DNA from: Eledone cirrhosa
Lineage: Eukaryota
Assembly: GCA_964016885.1 (NCBI GenBank)
Contig: OZ024744.1
Coordinates: 128,836,001-128,900,000 of the forward strand
Length of the DNA stretch: 64,000 bases
Direction: 5' to 3'
Position 1 is the first letter of the stretch. Every line of letters starts with the position of its first letter. Below, in pieces: positions 60,293 to 64,000 of the stretch. The translations under genes were made by a program, and so were the position numbers. Below the pieces are notes generated by a model that searched no databases, was not told where the DNA came from, and saw only the letters and a program-made list of their open reading frames with translations.

Positions 60293-63200
60293 TTAGGTTT
60301 TTCGAAAACCTTATATAATCATTTTTTTTTAGGTTTTTCGAAACACCTTATATAATCAATTTTTTTATGTTTTTCGAAAAATCTTATATAATCATTTTTT
60401 TTATACTTTTAGAAATATTTATATCTGATTTCAAATATTTATTTTTCTAGGTTTTTCAAAAAACCTTATATAATCAATTTTTTTTAGGTTTTTCGAAAAA
60501 TGTTATATAATCAATTTTTTTTAGGTTTTTCGAAAAACCTTATATAATCAATTTTTTTTTAGGTTTTTCGAAACACCTTATATAATCAATTTTTTTTAGG
60601 TTTTTCGAAAAACCTTATATAATCAATTTTTTTAGGTTTTTCGAAAAACCTTATATAATCAATTTTTTTAGGTTTTTCGTAAAACCTTATATAATCAATT
60701 TTTTTAGGTTTTTCGAAAAACCTTATATAATCAATTTTTTTTAGGTTTTTCGAAATACCTTATATAATTAATTTTTTTTAGGTTTTTCGAAAAATCTTAT
60801 ATAATTAATTTATATCTGATTTCAAATATTGATTTTTTTAGGTTTTTCGAAAACCTTATATAATCAATTTTTTTTAGGTTTTTCGAAAAAGAATGAATTC
60901 ATATTCGAAATATATACTTCTGCATTAATCTTTTTACGTTTTTCTGATTTTTTGCATGTTTTGAAATTTAAAAAAAACGTAAAAAATTAATGCTTTTACA
61001 AATATTTTGAAATATTTACTTTCTAGTTTCAAATTTTGCAAATTAAATTTTTTTCTAAAAAAATCAGTTTTCGAAATCAGAAGTTAATATTTCGAAAAAC
61101 GCAATTTAAAAAACTCATATTAATTTTTTTTCGAATGAAGTTTTTTTATGCTTTTAGAAATATTTATATCTGATTTAAAATATTGATTTTTTTAGGTTTA
61201 CCTTATATAATCAAATTTTTTTAGGTTTTTCGAAAAAGAATGAATTTGAGTTCATAGTCGAAATATATACTTCTGCATCAATCTTTGATTTTTTGCATGT
61301 TTTGAAATCTAAAAAAAACGTAAAAAATTAATGCTTTTACAAATATTTTGAAATATTTACTTTCTGGTTTCAAAGTTTGCAAATTAAATTTTTTTCGAAA
61401 AACCTAAAAAAATCAGTTTTCGAAATTAGAAGTTAATATTTCGAAAAACGCAATTTGAAAAACTCATATTAATTTTTTTTCGAATGAAGTTTTTTATACT
61501 TTTAGAAATATTTATATCTGATTACAAATATTGATTTTTTTAGGTTTTTCGAAAAGTCTTATATAATCAATTTTTTTTAGGTTTTTCGAAAAAGAATGAA
61601 TTTGAGTTCATAGTCGAAATATATATTTCTGCACTAATCTTTTTACGTTTTTCTGATTTTTTGCATGTTTTGAAATTTAAAAAAAACGTAAAAAATCAAT
61701 ATTTTGAAAAACGCAATTTGAAAAACTCATATTAATTTTTTTTCGAATGAATTCTTTCATACTTTTAGAAATATTTATATCTGATTTTAAATATTGATTT
61801 TTTTAGGTTTACCTTATATAATCAAATTTTTTTAGGTTTTTCGAAAAAGAATGAATTTGAGTTCATAGTCGAAATATATACTTCTGCATTAATCTTTTTA
61901 CGTTTTTCTGATTTTTTGTATGTTTTGAAATTTAAAAAAAAACGTTATAAATTAATGCTTTTACAAATATTTTGAAATATTTACTTTCTGGTTTCGAATT
62001 TTGCAAATTAAATTTTTTTCGAAAAACCTAAAAAAATCAGTTTTCGAAATCAGAAGTTAATATTTCGAAAAACGCAATTTGAAAAACTCATATTAATTTT
62101 TTTTCGAATGAAGTTTTTTTATGCTTTTAGAAATATTTATATCTGATTTCAAATATTGATTTTTTTTAGGTTTTTCGAAAAAGAATGAATTTGAGTTCAT
62201 AGTCGAAATACATATTTCTGCATTGATCTTTGATCTTTTGTATGTTTTGAAATTTAAAAAAAACGTAAAAAATTAATGCTTTTACAAATATTTTGAAATA
62301 TTTACTTTCTGGTTTCAAAGTTTGCAAATTAAATTTTTTTCGAAAAACCTAAAAAAATCAGTTTTCGAAATCAGAAGTTAATATTTCGAAAAACGCAATT
62401 TGAAAAACTCATATTAATTTTTTTTCGAATGAAGTTTTTTTATGCTTTTAGAAATATTTATATCTGATTTCAAATATTGATTTTTTTAGGTTTTTCGAAA
62501 AATCTTATATAATCAATTTTTTTTAGGTTTTTCGAAAAAGAATGAATTTGAGTTCATAGTCGAAATATATACTTCTGCATTAATCTTTGATTTTTTGCAT
62601 GTTTTGAAATTTAAAAAAAACGTAAAAAATTAATATTTCGAAAAACGCAATTTGAAAAACTCATATTAATTTTTTTTCGAATGAATTCTTTTATACTTTT
62701 AGAAATATTTATATCTGATTTTAAATATTGATTTTTTTAGGTTTACCTTATATAATCAAATTTTTTTAGGTTGTTCGAAAAATCTTATATAATCAAATCT
62801 TTTTAGGTTTTTCGAAAAAGAATTTGAGTTCATAGTCGAAATATATACTTCTGCATTAATCTTTTTACGTTTTTCTGATTTTTTGCATGTTTTGAAATTT
62901 AAAAAAAACGTAAAAAATTAATGCTTTTACAAATATTTTGAAATATTTACTTTCTGGTTTCAAATTTTGCAAATTAAATTTTTTTCGAAAAACCTAAAAA
63001 AATCAGTTTTCGAAATCAGAAGTTAATATTTCGAAAAACGCAATTTAAAAAACTCATATTAATTTTTTTTCGAATGAATTCTTTTAGAAATATTTATATC
63101 TGATTTCAAATATTGATTTTTTTAGGTTTACCTTATATAATCAAATTTTTTTAGGTTTTTCAAAAACCTTATATAATCAATTTTTTTTAGGTTTTTCGAA

Positions 63201-63713
63201 AAACCTTACATAATCAATTTTTTTTAGGTTTTTTCGAAAATCCTTATATAATCAATTTTTTACGTTTTTAGAAAAACCTTATATAATCAATTTTTTTTAT
63301 ACTTTTAGAAATATTTATATCTAATTTCAAATATTGATTTTTTTTAGATTTTTCGAAATACCTTATATAATCAATTTTTCTAGGTGTTTCGAAAAACATT
63401 ATATAATCAATTTTTTTTAGGTTTTTCGAAAGACCTTATATAATCAATTTTTTTTAGGTTTTTCGGAAAACCTTATATAATCAATTTTTTTTATACTTTT
63501 AGAAATATTTATATCTAATTTCAAATATTGATTTTTTTTAGATTTTTCGAAATACCTTATATAATCAATTTTTCTAGGTGTTTCGAAAAACCTTATATAA
63601 TCAATTTTTTTTAGGTTTTTCGAAAGACCTTATATAATCAATTTTTTTTAGGTTTTTCGAAAAACCTTATATAATCAATTTTTTTAGGTTTTTCGACAAC
63701 CTTATATAATCAA
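60293..63713 (+). repeat. AT-rich composite repeat island 5 (~3.42 kb)
   Basis: Near-identical to island 4, sharing private variants TTCTAGTTTC, GAAAAGTCTT, GCACTAATC and AACGTTATAA, with one extra 36-bp monomer. Confidence 0.95.
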
Positions 63714-64000
63714 GTTGAGTTTAAGTTAAGTTGGGATTAAGTTAAGTTGGGGTTAAGTTAAGATGGGGTTAAGTTATGTTGTGGTTAAGTTAAGTTGGGG
63801 TTAAATTAAGTTGGGGTTAAGTTAAGTTGGGGTTAAGTTAAGTTGGGGTTAAGTTAAGTTGGGGCTAAGTTAAGTTGGGGCTAAGTTAAGTTGGGGCTAA
63901 GTTAAGTTGGGGTTAAGTTAACTTTGGGTTAAGTTAAGTTGGGTTTGAGTTAAGTTGGGGTTAATTAAGTTGGGGTTAAGTTAAGTTGGGGTTAAGTTAA
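63714..64000 (+). repeat. 16-bp satellite block 6 (open at window end)
   Basis: Same monomer; matches 49047 onward. Confidence 0.97.

Larger units (their letters stand above)
38100..64000 (+). repeat. ~14.7-kb-period segmental duplication (about 38100-49330 repeated at about 52860-64000)
   Basis: Offsets are 14759 (38619/53378; 40762/55521), 14775 (44217/58992), 14631 (island starts) and 14667 (island ends). Confidence 0.86.

Noticed and set aside
1-64000. Species or clade assignment
   Set aside because: I do not recognise either repeat as a named satellite. The resemblance to insect or nematode repeats is only compositional and needs a database search.

Overview
The whole 64-kb window is non-coding tandem-repeat DNA, almost certainly eukaryotic heterochromatin (telomeric, subtelomeric or centromeric); no credible gene, RNA gene or CRISPR array is present. 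About 78% is a G-rich, telomere-like 16-bp satellite (TTAAG-TTAAG-TTGGGG)n with the G-strand on +. Five homologous AT-rich islands of 2.0-3.4 kb interrupt it (1749-4828, 16547-18588, 26726-29124, 45662-49046, 60293-63713), all in the same orientation and with the same junction sequences. Each island has arrays of a ~36-bp palindromic monomer at both ends. Its core is made of ~255-360-bp units that are diverged double palindromes, in effect an alternating-orientation ~160-bp repeat. The satellite-plus-island cassette was amplified by nested duplications (periods of about 10.2, 5.9 and 14.7 kb, plus 0.2-0.75 kb local ones). Two copies of a ~245-bp fold-back inversion lie at about 10.9 and 21.1 kb. 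The leading hypothesis, which is inference only, is a composite, recombination-maintained terminal or centromeric array. The two listed ORFs are judged spurious.
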